Positions 12,935 through 25,777 of a stretch of 64,000 nt of DNA are shown here, in pieces. A program made the position numbers and the translations under genes. The first letter of the stretch is position 1, and every line of letters starts with the position of its first letter. The DNA lies in assembly GCF_044704955.1 (NCBI RefSeq), contig NC_091989.1:40300001-40364000 (forward strand), written 5' to 3'. The DNA is from Pristiophorus japonicus. Taxonomy: Eukaryota. Below the pieces are notes generated by a model. It searched no databases and was not told the DNA's origin. It worked only from the letters and a program-made list of their open reading frames with translations.

Positions 12935-13212
12935 ATTTAGGACCGAGATGCGGAGGAACTTCTTCACCCAGAGAGTGGTGAACCTGTGGAATTCTCTACC
13001 ACAGAAAGTTGTTGAGGCCAATTCACTAAATATATTCAAAAAGGAGTTAGATGAGGTCCTTACTACTAGGGGGATCAAGGGGTATGGCGAGAAAGCAGGA
13101 ATGGGGTACTGAAGTTGAATGTTCAGCCATGAACTCATTGAATGGTGGTGCAGGCTCGAAGGGCCGAATGGCCTACTCCTGCACCTATTTTCTATGTTTT
13201 TATGTTTCTATG
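12929..13212 (+). mobile_element. CR1 3'-end fragment (TTTCTATG family)
   Basis: Near-identical to 11343-11622; joined to the minus-strand CR1 through microhomology AAGCCA. Confidence 0.88.
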
Positions 13213-15580
13213 ATACCTGCCACACCTATGCTCCATCTAACAGCAGCCCATCTGAGAGTTTCTGGAGTCTCACCCAAAGCAGATAAACATGGCCCGAGGG
13301 TGAAATGAATCAGTTTGATTGTTTGGATGCAGAATAAATTACATTTTGAAGTGACTGTAACTGAATGAGAAATATTTCTCAATATGAAGTTCCTTTACTT
13401 AAATACGTATCACATGGATTTGGATTGCAGTAACATCCAAGAAACAATTTGGTGGGATTTCAATCAAGCATTATTTCCTAATCTGAGTAATCTTATTGGT
13501 CCAGCTGTCTTTCATGCTTCATTTTTTAAAAGAGTCAGACTCTGGAGGTTTTGGAGGTCTTGACTTTCTAGGGCATGGTGCCTATGGTCTTTCCATTTTG
13601 GATTCTTGTGGTTCCAAAGAATTTAGCTTAGGTTACAACATTGTGAATGTATGCTCGTACTTTCCATTTTAATCAGAGGTAATCAGCAATGGTCTTTTAT
13701 GGTTTATTTGGCAGCGTAAAGATATTTGGATCATCCTTTTCTCATACTTGGGTCTGTGGACTATAAAGTTGGCATGTACGAAATGTGATCAGGCCCTGGA
13801 CAGAAGTGAGCCAGATTACCCGATGGGGAAGCCGGAAAATGGACCAAAACCAGGTACTATCAGAATTCTGTCCTGTGTTTTCCATTCTGCCATTCATTGG
13901 GGGAGAGGTGGATTTTCCATCCAACCCCCATCAAGAGGGCATATCTAAGGGAGTTCGTGGGTCATCCAAGAATTCCGACCTCTACTTCCTCTTTCGGCTT
14001 CAGGGGAACTCATGTCAGAGCTAATATGAGTCTCAGTGAAGGGCTCCAAACTTCTAGTACAGACAGGTGATCAATCTCGGGGTTGGGGACGGAGTGGGGG
14101 GGGCGGTCTCTGAAGCACGTTGGATTGGGCAATTTTTCAGGCATCACTGTCGGCCATCTAATATAGATGTTAGGCTCCTTCCTTATGTTCATGAAGGCCC
14201 CAGTGCCTGTTTTAGGAAATCTTCCTGAAATTGGGTCGCTCAGGTTTTCATGCTGTGGATGCAGCCTAGCAAACGATCATCAACAAAAGTAAGAACTTTC
14301 ACGTCAAGATAGTAGGAGCAGGAGTGACCCTCCCGGCTCCACTGCAGTCCTGAGGGCCTCAGTTGAGCTGCAATCGCCACCCTCCCATTCTCCTTCCCAC
14401 TCCCCTCCAGGATGGGTGAAAAAGTGGAGCGCTGCCTTTGGAGGCACGACAGTTGTGAACAGTTTGCCGCAATTATTAAAACAAGGATCGAGCCCAATTT
14501 CAAGCGAACTTCAGGATTCCCGTTTTGGATACATGAAGCATGTGTGTTGTCAGTTATGCACAGGTAAATGAGCCGTAACACATTTTTCTCCCAATATATT
14601 TTGTGTAAATGATTGCTGCTGAATAAGAAATTAAATAAATCCACAACCTATTCAATAGAGCCATTTTACTGAGTTAAAGCAGCTTAATTTTCAACTTTTT
14701 ATCAGCTGTCCCAGCTAGCACAACACAGCAGTGCACAGATGAACTGTGCCATGTATGTTCCCCGCTGTGATTGCCCCATGGAGTGAGTTCCTGATTAGAG
14801 ACCGTCTAGAGAAATGGATGCCATTCACCCATACAAAGCTAGTTTCAAGTTGACTGACAAAAATGAGTTATTTTATGTCAACTTTTGATTTAGTGACCAT
14901 TCGTTTAAATTCGGCCACAGTACATGAACCGACGGCAGCTCAGATTATTGTACCGAGCTTATATTGATGCAATGTTGCAATTTTTGTCAGTTAAAAGCTG
15001 TGGAGAGAAATCATTTAAACTTAAATCATGCTGTGCCAAACTAATGGGAGTGGGCACAGGAATGAAAAAGTGCTGACCGAGAGTTAGAAATTAAACTGAC
15101 TGACAGGCTATCATATGGAGAGGTGATGAGTGAGAGACAGGAATAATGTCAGTGGGATAGAAAGGACAAGCAACTATCTCAGTGACATATGAGAAGGCTG
15201 GTATGGCCGTGTGGGAATGATGAATGTGCATTTGTGCCATAACAGGAGACTCACATTAGGAATAATGAAAGAATCCAAAATGAGGAAAAAGTCAAGGTTC
15301 TCAGAATCCATATGCTACTATTGTGTTCTGTATAAACCGACTTTTTTTGTTTATTCAGTGAAAAAAATTAAACCTTATTTAATTAATGAAGCATCAATGA
15401 ATTAAATGCTGTTGGAAAAATGCAGAACGTACCAATCTTCTTACTCTGGAGTGGGGATGGAATGTGGGGGATGGAATGTGTAATTTATGTCACTGAAAAA
15501 TGATCATACACATTCTTTGCAAATGTTTAAAAATGATAGTAGCCAGTATTGACTAACCCCATTATAAGCTTCTTTGGATA

Positions 15581-16270
15581 ATAACAACAGCTTGCATTTA
15601 TCTAGTATCTTTAACATAGTAAAATGTTCGAAGGTGCTTCACAGGAGCATTATCAAACCAAATTTGACACTAAGTCACATAAGGAGATATTAGAACAGAT
15701 GACCAAAACCTTGGTCAAAGAGGTAGGTTTAAAGGAATGTCTTAAAGGAAGAGAGAGAGGCAGAGAGGTTTAGGGAGAGAATTCTAGCTTTGAGCCTAGG
15801 CAGCTGAAGGTGGAGCGATTAAAATCAGGGATGCGCAAGAGGTCAGAATAGGAGGAGAGCAGAGATCTCAAAGATTTGTCGGACTGGAGGAGATTACAGA
15901 GAGAGGGAGGGATGAGGGCATAGAGGGATTTGAAGACAAAGATCAGAATTTTAAAATTGAGGCATTGCCGGACTGGGAGCCAATGTAGGTCAGGGAGTTG
16001 GGTGGGTGAATGGGACTTGGTGCAAGTTAAGAAAATGGCAGTAGTTTTGGATGAGCTCAAGTATATGTAGGGTGGAAGATGGGAATCGGGCCAGGAGAGC
16101 ATTGGAATAGTCAAGTCTAAAGGTAACACAGGCATGGGTGATGGTTTCAGCAGCAGATGAGGGCTGAGGCAGGGGCAGAGTCGGGCGATGTTACGGAGGT
16201 GAACGTAGGTAGTCTTGGTGATGGAGTGGATATGTGGTTGGAAGCTAATCTCAAGCTCAAATACAACAAG
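15581..16270 (-). mobile_element. L2-clade LINE 3' fragment
   Basis: ORF 15770-16321 has L2-type C-terminal motifs (ITKTTYVHLRNIARL, LHWLPVRQCLNFKIL); tail ..ATAAATGCAAGCTGTTGTT. Confidence 0.75.
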
Positions 16271-18089
16271 GATTATAAATAGAAATCTACAGTGACACTG
16301 TAAGAAGCTTTTAGTATCCAAAGGTGTAGTATGCCATTTTTAAGAAATACTCTGCCTTTTTGCTGTTGTGAAGGATTAAGTGAATTGTTCGTCTTTCACT
16401 ATTAAACCAATTCAGCATTTCTCTAAAGTCTAAAGTTGATCTAAGCTGAAATAAAGTAAAACTTCACAAACAAATAAATATATTACTAATTAAATTTGTT
16501 TTAGAAATGTTTTCTCCACACAAACAATATGATGGCTATTCTATTTTATTCAATGTAAAGTATACAGTTAATAATTTTTAATCACAATTTAATAATAAGT
16601 AGTTATAGGTTGGACAACATTTTTCTATATATTATTGGGTGCTGTGGCTTGCTTACAATTCATTCCATGTTCATATGGAGTCTGGATGCTTTAAATATGT
16701 GAACCTGTGTCAGAAGTAAAATGACTGTAATATTGTTGGTCTACACACATCAGTTGCTATGTGAATGCACACACAGACTCTTCTGTAAATGGAATTATTA
16801 TTGCATGGGCAATATCTGGCATGTGGGGTGCACTTTTATGATAGCATTCACAGCTGTGAAGCTTCATTTAAGACATTCTGCAGTACAAAAAGGCTCTATC
16901 AGTGCAGAAATAAGTAGCACTGAGCACGATTATAAAACAAATGATATAAATGGACCCAGAGAATGATATAGGTAAGTGCTCTCTCTTAATGGCAGCAAGT
17001 ATTCCGGGCATTGCTTTGTGAGCCAAAGACTGAAGGGCCGGAATAAGTGCCCCTTGTCAGTTAGATGTGGAGCAATGGTTTCTAACAGTCAGAGGAATAT
17101 GATGGTCAGAACGGGTGTGAATCTGATGAAAATTTAGAACATTCTGTTGCTGGATTATAACAGGCTTGAAAACTGCTTAGAAGTGAAGCTGATTCTTATT
17201 CAAAGTGTAGAATGCACAGCGTTTACACTGGCAGTTTTGATTTCAGATCTGCCTGCATGCCAGTGTAAACAATACTTCACATTACTACTTCATGGCTTTG
17301 AAAGAAAATCTTTCCTTTTTACATCATGAGAGGCATGTATTTTGCAATTGGTGCAATGATGTGTAATTTTATATTATGGGATGGAAGTAGGTTGTAAAGT
17401 ACTTGGAAGCTGCTGGCATGTATTACTATAGGAGCGAACTTAGGCAGCTATTAGAGAGATGTGTGTCATCTCATATTGATGCAGAAGGCAAGCATAGTCC
17501 CCCCTGCTGTTTAACTACTTGGAATTGAACCTGTGCTGTGCCGGGTAACAGTAGGGTGCTTACTGGCAAAAGCATTGCAGAGGCACATGGCAATCAGTAT
17601 TAGTAACAAATGGGGAGGATGAACAAACAAGCTGTGCCAGTGATTTAAGTCATTGTTAGGGATGGTAGAAGAAATGCCCCGATGTTGGAAACATAGCATT
17701 TGCCAAGTAAATAAGGGCACACAGAAATAAGATAGATAACTGTAATTCATCAGCAAAAGAGACGTACTTTATTATTTCCAGTTTAATATATCAAAGGTAC
17801 AGAATATGAAATCATGGTAAATATTTATGAAAAAGCAATCAACAAGATTTCAAAAATCGGCAATAATCACAACAACTCAATCTTGCTGTGCTATCTGTTC
17901 TCCAACTACATTTCAACATAAATGATAACATCTCTACAAAATAAAATGTTATTACGACACTGTGGGGTAAACTGAGGTCAGATAGCTGATGAGCGGAGCA
18001 TGTCAGTGGTAGGCCCCATCCATTTTCAGGGCCAGGCAACATTAGCATTGGATTAGTGGATTGCAGGCTTTCACCAAGTGCCACAGTGC

Positions 18090-19927
18090 ATAGAAACATA
18101 GAAACATAAAAAATAGGTGCAGGAGTAGGCCATTCGGCCTTCGAGCCTGCACCACCATTCAATAAGAACATGGCTGATCATTCACCTCAGTTCCCCATTC
18201 CTGCTTCCTCTCCATACCCCTTGATCCCTTTAGCCGTAAGGGCCATATCTAACTCCCTCTTGAATATATCCAATGAACTGGCATCAATAAATTTCTGCGG
18301 CAGGGAATTCCACAGGTTAACAACACTCTGAGTGAAGAAGTTTCTCCTCATCTCAGTCCTAAATGGCTTACCTGTTATCCTAAGACTATGTCCCCTGGTT
18401 CTGGACTTCCCCAACATCGGGAACATTCTTCCTGCATCTAACCTGTCCAGTCCCATCAGAATTTTATATGTTTCGATGAGATCCCCTCTCATCCTTCTAA
18501 ATTTCAGTGGATATAGGCCCAGTCGATCCAGTCTCTCCTCATATGTCAGTCCTGCCATCACGGGAATCAGTCTGGTGAACCTTCGCTGCACTCCCTCAAT
18601 AGCAAGAATGTTCTTCCTCAGATTAGGAGACCAAAATTGAACACAATATTCCAAGTGAGGCCTCACTAAGGCCCTGTACAACTGCAGTAAGACCTCCCTG
18701 CTCCTATACCCAAATCCCCTAGCTATGAAGGCCAACATACCATTTGCCTTCTTCACCGCCTGCTGTACCTGCATGCCAACTCTCAATGACTGATGTACCA
18801 TGACACCCAGGTCTCGTTGCACCTCCCCTTTTCCTAATTTGCCGACATTCAGATAATATTCTGTCTTCGTGTTTTTGCCACCAAAGTGGATAACCTCACA
18901 TTTATCCACATTATACTGCATCTGCCATGCATTTGCCCACTCACCTAACCTGTCCAAATCACCCTGCAGCCTCTTAGCGTCCTCCCCACAGCTCACACCG
19001 CCAATCAGCTTAGTGTCATCTGCAAACTTAGAGATATTACACTCAATTACTTCATCTAAATCATTAATGTATATTGTAAAGAGCTGGGGTCCCAACACAG
19101 AGCCCTGTGGCACCCCACTAGTCACTGCCTGCTATTCTGAAAAGGATCCGTTTATCCCGACTCTCTGCTTCCTGTCTGCCAACCAGTTCTCTATCCACGT
19201 CAGTCCATTACCTCCAATACCATGTGCTTTAATTTTGCACACCAATTTCTTGTGTGGGACCTTGTCAAAGGTCTTTTGAAAGTCCAAATACACCACATCC
19301 ACTGGCTCTCCCTTGTCCACTCTACCAATTACATCCTCAAAAAATTCTAGAAGATTTGTCAAGCATGATTTCCCTTTCATAAATCCATGCTGACTTGGAC
19401 TGATCCTGTCACTGCTTTCCAAATGCGCTGCTATTTCATCTTTAATAATTGATTCCAACATTTTCCCCACTACTGACGTCAGGCTAACCGGTCTATCATT
19501 AACTGTTTTCTCTCTCCCTCCTTTCTTAAAAAGTGGTGTTACATTAGCTACCCTCCAGTCCATAGGAACTGATCCAGAGTCGATAGACTATTGGAAAATG
19601 ATCACCAATGCATCCACTATTTCTCGGGCCACTTCCTTAAGTACTCTGGGATGCAGACTATCAGGCCCCGGGGATTTATCAGCCTTCAATCCCATCAATT
19701 TCCCTCACACAATTTCCCACCTAATAAGGATTTCCTTCAGTTCCTCCTTCTCACTAGACCCTTGGTCCCCTAGTATTTCTGGAAGGTTATTTGTGTCTTC
19801 CTTCGTGAAGACAGAACCAAAGTATTTGTTCAACTGGTCCGCCATTTCTTTGTTCCCCATTATAAATTCACCTGAATCTGACTGCAAGGGACCCAAGTTT
19901 ATCTTCACTAATCTTTTTCTCTTCACA
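18090..19927 (-). mobile_element. CR1 LINE, 5'-truncated (TTTCTATG family)
   Basis: Tail CATAGAAACATAGAAAC at 18090; RT ORFs 18187-19125, 19132-19563 and 19705-19959 closely match 9574-11507. Confidence 0.92.
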
Positions 19928-20078
19928 GCCAGCCTCTGGGCTGGACCAAGGTAGGTCATGGGGGGTTTCTACCCTGGGCAGGAACAGTGTGGTAAGTCAC
20001 TCCCAACATATTGTGCGAGGCTTCAAAATCTATCCCTGCACATCATCGTTTTTTGGATGTATCTGCTGGATTCACCAA

Positions 20079-20157
20079 GCAGAATGGATAGCTAGCTGGG
20101 CAGAATGGATAGTTAGCTGGGCAGAATGGATAGCTAGCTGGAAGAATGGATAGCTAA
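20079..20157 (+). repeat. 21-bp tandem repeat (GCAGAATGGATAGCTAGCTGG) x~4 at the 5' end of a CR1 fragment
   Basis: Directly visible; the last unit runs into the CR1 RT segment encoding EWIAN.LQDRKQR. Confidence 0.85.
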
Positions 20158-20608
20158 TCGGCTTCAAGACAGAAAGCAGAGAATAGGGATAAAGGGTGGC
20201 TATTCACAGTGTCAGAAGGTGGGTAGTGGTGTTCCACAAGTATCAGTACTGGGACCACTGTTGTTCACAATTTATATTAACGATTTAGACTTTGGAATCA
20301 GAAACACAATTTCTAAATTTGCGGATGACACCAAATTGAGGGGGGGGGTGGGGATATTCAATACTGAGGAGGACTGCAACAAATTACAGGAGGACATTAA
20401 TAAACTTGCAGAATGGGCATATAATTGGCAAATGAAGTTCAACACAGATAGATGTGAGGTATTACATTTTGGTAGTAAGAATAGGTAGATCACTTATTAC
20501 TTGGAGGGTGCGAGTCGAGATGGGGTAGAGGAACAAAGGGGTCTCAGAGTATAAGTACACAAATCACTAAAAGTAGTGACACAGGTTAGCAAGGCCATAA
20601 CAAAAACA
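20079..20608 (+). mobile_element. Older CR1 RT fragment (same family as 48813-51031)
   Basis: GVPQVSVLGPLLFTIYINDLD, KFADDTK. Confidence 0.85.
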
Positions 20609-21508
20609 GGCACTGCACAGTCCTTGTGGAGACAAAGCCTGGTATTCACATTGAGGACACCCTCCATTGTGTTGTGTAGCACTACCACCGTGCTAAGTAG
20701 GATAGATTCAGAACTGGGCATCCCTGAGGCACTGTGGTCCAACAGCAGCAATAGCAGAATTGTATCGCACCACAATCTGTAACCTCATGGCCTGGCATGT
20801 CCCTCATTCTACTGTTACCATCAAACCAGGGGACTAATCCTGGTTCAATGAGGAGTGTAAAATCGCATGCCTGGAGCAGCACAAGGTGGACCTAAAAATG
20901 AGGTGCCAACCTGGTGAAGCTGCAACACAGGATTAGATGTATGATAAACATCGGAAATGGCATGCTATAGATAGAGCTAAATGATCCCAAAACCAATGGA
21001 TCAGATCAAAGCTCTGCAGTCCTGCCACATTCAGTCGTGAATGGTGGTGGACAATTAAACAACTAACGGGAGAAGTAGGCTCCATGAATATCCTCATCCT
21101 CCATGATGGTGGAGCCCAGCATATGAGTGCAAAAGAAAGGGCTGAAGCATTTGCAACCATCTTCAGCCAGAAGTGCCACGTGGACAATCCATGAGGTCCC
21201 CACCATCATAGCAGCCAGCCTTCAGTCAATTCGATTCAATCCATGTGATATCAAGAAATGGCTGAACGTACTAGATACAGCAAAGGCTATGGGCCCCGAC
21301 AACATCCTGACAACGTTCGTTCATCATCGCTGGGTCAAATTCCTGGAACTCACTCCCTAACAGCACTGTGAGAGTACCTTCAGCACACAGACTACAGCGG
21401 TTCAGGAAGGCAGTTCACCACTATCTTCTTAAGGGCAATTAGCGGGGGGGGAATAAATGATGGCCTTGCCAACAATGCCCACATCCCATGAATGAGTAAA
21501 AAAAAACT
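20609..21508 (+). mobile_element. Degenerate, internally deleted LINE of a separate CR1/L2-group family
   Basis: WFNEEC- and AKAMGPDNI-like remnants; 3' end CTTCTTAAGGGCAATTAG..AATAAATG.TGGCCTTGCC..GCCCACATCCCATGAATGA recurs at 41810, 47550, 40790(-) and 56250(-). Confidence 0.65.
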
Positions 21509-22023
21509 GATTGTGATCCATTTTAAGTGAACCTCTGTAGTGGACTTTAATGTTGTGTGTCCGTATATATGCAATATGTTTGTGTCTTTGTATACTCATA
21601 TTTGCTAATATAATAGTATTTAAACCAGATGATTAGAATTACTTCCAGTTTTCTAGAGAGGTTCTGAATTAGAATTAAAGTCTGATTTAATTTTACTACA
21701 TTCACATCCATTGTGGAACTGTAAATCACAAGTGATGTATAACGGGCAGATACATCAATATCGTCCATTTTACACTAATACCCAAAGTCAACATTAACCC
21801 CCTTATCTTTTTTTTAAAGATGCTTTACTTTGTTTTAAAGAATTGCTTTTTCTCATTGCTTATGAAGACACAGAAGTAAAAGTTGGATACTTCTGGAATG
21901 TACTGTGCAAGATATATTGTGGGAGTAACACTCAATTAGAATTGCATTGTGTGCTATAACAGATGTAATAGTGAGAAACTTCTGATGGGCAGGGTATGGT
22001 AACTAAAAATAAACACAACTTTA

Positions 22024-22820
22024 ATGGTATTGCTGCTCTTGACCTCCTTGATGGTAGAGGTCGCAGGGGAGGGAGCTCTAAAACTTACAGTATCAATGAA
22101 TCTTTTTCACACATTTCCTATGCATCACATCTCTCGCACTATACTTCTGCAGAACATTCTTTGCAGCTTTATCGTTATGATTACATCAAGTTCTTGGTCT
22201 CATGTAAAATTGGATGTTTAGTATCAGGAGTACATAGAGGCAAAACGTATGTGGCTAGATTTCCCTCATCCCACCAGAAGAGGTTCAGGTGGAACTTCTA
22301 CCCACCTCTCTGACCCTACCATGACCCCAACCCAACTTCCTGGAATGGGGCTCATTACCAATACAGGGTGAGCTCCTATCACAAGAGGGCTGCTGCTGGG
22401 GACAGAACTGCTGTGGTACTGCACTGGGACCACTGCTGCAGAAGAAGAAGAGGAGATCACCTACAAAGCTCAGGTCAGGAGTGTGATGGAATACTCTTGC
22501 CTGGATGAATGCAGCTCAATAACACTCAAGAAGCTCAATACATTCAGGACAAAATTTCCAAATTTAGCTCAGTATCAACTTGGCTCATTGATCAAACTCT
22601 TGTCTTTGAGTCAGAAGATTATGGGCTCAAGTTCCTCCAGGAAATTCCAGGTTTCTTTAATTAGTATTCCCCCACTGGATTCAATATCCACTCCCTCCAC
22701 TACTGTGGCTGCATGATAAACTATTTCAGTTGTGCTGCAGCAGCTCACTAAGCTTATTTTGAAAGCAGCTCCCTCCCCTGCGACCTCTACCATCAAGGAG
22801 GTCAAGAGCAGCAATACCAT
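22024..22820. repeat. Perfect 54-bp inverted repeat (22024-22077 / 22767-22820)
   Basis: ATGGTATTGCTGCTCTTGACCTCCTTGATGGTAGAGGTCGCAGGGGAGGGAGCT and its exact reverse complement; the ORF track shows the same peptides on both strands. Confidence 0.9.
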
Positions 22821-23045
22821 CGGGACACCACCACCTCCAAATTCCCCTCCAAGTCATGCACCATCCTGACTTGCACATATATTGTTGCTCCTTCACCATC
22901 ACTGGCTCAAAGTCCTGGAGTTCCCTACCTAACACCACCATGGGACCACCATCAGCATGAGAAGGGCCACCAGCACCAAGGCAAGTCGGGAGGGGTAATA
23001 AATGTGGCCTTGCTAGTGTCACCCATAACCCAAGAACAAATAAAA
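22455..23045 (+). mobile_element. Old CR1/L2-group LINE 3' fragment
   Basis: TYKAQVRSVMEYS-like RT C-terminal remnant; ends with the same AATAAATGTGGCCTTGC..CCCA tail. Confidence 0.6.
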
Positions 23046-23925
23046 CAAAGAGCAGAAAATCTGTTTTTAGTTTTATTGGTTGTGGGTTTATTGGCTCCCT
23101 CTCTATCAAATAGAACCATGGGAACAGGTGGATTAGGGCATTGATTTAACTTTTCATCCAAATGATCCTGCACAGTACTCCCTCAATGATGCTCTGAAAT
23201 GTCAGCCTAGATTATGTGCTGATAATAAAGAGGGTCGAGCCCACAATCTTCTGACTTAAAGACAAGAGTTCTACCAACGTGCCAGGGTGAGACTGAGGTA
23301 AATTTGGAAATTTATCTCATCGTAGTACAGTGAATTAGACGTGAAATCTAACTTGAGCACCGCCGCCATGTACACTCTGGATCTATATTGTTTCAATGGG
23401 TCTGACTAAGATCAAGTATTTAAAAATTGAAAACATAAGCCAAATTAAGTACAAAAAGAAGGCAAATGCAACAGAATATTGCAAAGGACAATGGCCCTGA
23501 ATATCTACAGGGATTGTCCTGATCTCCTGCAGCAACTTTGACACTTGGGCATTTGACAACATTTCTCTGAGTGTTCCAGTGATCTGCCACTGAATTTATG
23601 CCAGGAAATTGAGGCAACCCCTGCAGAAATTTACGGTTAATATACATTGCTATGAATCTATCTGGAGAATTCAATGAAGTAAAAAATAATTTCACATTTA
23701 ACAGGTGGATTTAGTTAAGGAATGAGGGAATTACAAAATATGTTTAAATTAAATTTTAAATCCGGCAATCCAGTTATTTTCTCTCCCTCTTTGGGTTGTA
23801 TGAACAAGAAAACATTCCCAGGATGCGAGCGTTTGCAGGTCCCAGACTACGGGGTCCTATATAACGATGTTCACTCCAAATAGAAATTCATTGTTAAATG
23901 CACTTTGTGATGTTTTGCAAATGTG

Positions 23926-24185
23926 ATAAGGTGGAGGAAGAGCATCCGGGAGGGCGTTGAGCACCTCAAGTCTCGTCGCCGAGAACATGCAGAAACCAAG
24001 CGCAGACAGTGGAAGGAGCGTGCGGCAAACCAAGTTCCCGACCCACCCTTTCCTTCAACCACTGTCTGTCCCACCTGTTACAGAGATTGTAATTCCCGCA
24101 TTAGACTGTACAGTCACCTGAGAACTCACTTTTAGAGTGGAAGCAAGTCTTCCTCGATGTTGAGGGACTGCCTATAATAATAAGG
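23926..24185 (+). mobile_element. RTE LINE 3' fragment
   Basis: WRKSIREGVEHL..VCPTCYRDCNSRIRLYSHLRTH and tail GTGGAAGCAAGTCTTCCTCGA..GAGGGACTGCCTAT, matching 50400-50645. Confidence 0.85.
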
Positions 24186-24501
24186 TGGTGTATAAATGAA
24201 AATATTTATTTGCTTCCCCAGTCTCTGCTAACTTTGTTCGATAACTAAACATGCCTAGGAGCAACCTGCAGTGACACAGATAGCAATATGCCCTGTGAAA
24301 AAAATCACTGCTCTTCCCGTTTCTTGATAGTACAGTTGCTTGCTGCATGGGCAATCAAAACCCACATCCTACAATTCTATGCCACAAGGCCTTAGCACAA
24401 CCAACTCATTGTAATGAAATAGAGATACTAGGATATAGAGAAGCTACTGTTAAGGGAAGTCATACAAGGTGGGATTGTCCTCTCTTTTTAAAAAAAACTA
24501 C

Positions 24502-25516
24502 GGCCCTGAAATCATGATCTGTCCGGGTGCATACGACTTGCGCACGGGCCCGTAGATGTCCTGCAGGTTCCGGGTTTATGTGTGCACTGCGCATGTGCTT
24601 AAACCCGGAACTTGTAATCGGTCACAATTTCTTCTGACAGATAGCACGTATCCCTGGGAGAAGGGCCTTCGTGGGCAGAGCCTGCTCAGTGAATGCACTT
24701 AAAACACCTAAAACCCTGTCCATTAAGGTCATTATTTTTACAACAAGAACAACATATTGTATTTATATAGCGTCTTTAACATAGTGAAACGTCCCAAGGT
24801 GCTTCACAGGAATATTCTGCGATAAAAATTTGACACCACACCGCATAAGTCGAAATTAGCGCAGGTGACCAAAAGTTTGGTCAAAGAGGTATGTTTTAAG
24901 GAGTGTCTTGAAGGAGGAAAGCGAGGTAGAGAGGTTCAGGCAGGGAGTTCCAGAGCTTGGGACCTAGGCAATAGAAGAAACAGCCACCATGGTTGAGCCG
25001 TGGAGGACAGAATTGGAGGAGCCTCGAAATCTCAGGGGTTTGTGAAGCTGGAGGAGATTACAGAGATAGGAAGGGACTTGAAAATAAGGATGAGAATTTT
25101 GAAATCGAATATGAATTTGAAATTTACCCCTATTAAAACATATATTAAAAAAATACTTTTTTTTGTCTAAAATATTTAATTAAATTCAATTTCAATTAAT
25201 TTTAAAGATGTGAAGTGTTTTTTTATTGATTAAAAGTGTTTTGTGGGGTATCCCCATTCACAGTAATGGCAGCTCTGGACAAATGGAATTCATCATTACT
25301 GTGTATGGGGATACGCCATTTTCATTGGTTGAACCGGCCCACGTGATCCCAGGCTGCGCATACACTCCTGGAATACGTGGGCCTCTGCACTGGGCTACGC
25401 ATCGAGGCCTTGGAACAGAAGTCTTCTTTCCTCCAGGACCACCAGGTACGTTCATAAATATTTTTGTGTTCGGAGGCATCCACCCGCAGGAAGCCTCCGA
25501 CCGCAATTTCAGGGCC
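24502..25516. mobile_element. Harbinger-type MITE, TIR GGCCCTGAAAT, TSD TAC; contains an L2 3' fragment
   Basis: Perfect 11-bp TIR; TAC on both sides (24499-24501, 25517-25519); homologous to 36046-36792 in the opposite orientation. Confidence 0.8.
24740..25110 (-). mobile_element. L2 LINE 3' fragment nested in the MITE
   Basis: Aligns with 15581-15960 (GGTGCTTCACAGGA, AAATTTGACAC, TGACCAAAA..TTGGTCAAAGAGGTA). Confidence 0.75.
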
Positions 25517-25609
25517 TACAATTTCTATCATTGACATGCCTGACTGGAAACATCCATGTGTCCAACAGCTTCAGTGACGCAATCATTAGTAATGATAGTA
25601 CCACAAGAG

Positions 25610-25740
25610 CATCATCATTATCATAGGCAGTCCCTCAAAATGAGGATGACTTATTTCCACGCCAAAATGTAGATATCGCAGTGTAGGCTGGCCGGTGCTG
25701 CCCCTGAGCCCTCGCCTCTTCTGGGCCCTGAACTCATGCC
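25610..25740 (-). mobile_element. Deleted copy of an RTE-tailed non-autonomous element
   Basis: (CAT)n-CATAGGCAGTCCCTC..GAGGATGACTT tail joined to sequence matching 54220-54280. Confidence 0.6.
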
Positions 25741-25777
25741 TGTTGTGACCAATGGTCAGCCACGTAAGCTGCATATA

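Noticed and set aside
13909-14648. Possible additional degenerate MITE
   Set aside because: Termini too degenerate and no TSD; boundaries cannot be supported.
16884-16977. Possible exon ending in AG|GTAAGT
   Set aside because: Weak acceptor, AT-rich, no recognisable peptide.
20079-20157. Short regularly repeated units resembling a CRISPR array
   Set aside because: No spacers, eukaryotic context, and the units derive from CR1 coding sequence.
20338-20353. G-run in a CR1 fragment as a second hyper-editing case
   Set aside because: Isolated homopolymer expansion; flanking As are unchanged relative to the sister copy near 48940.
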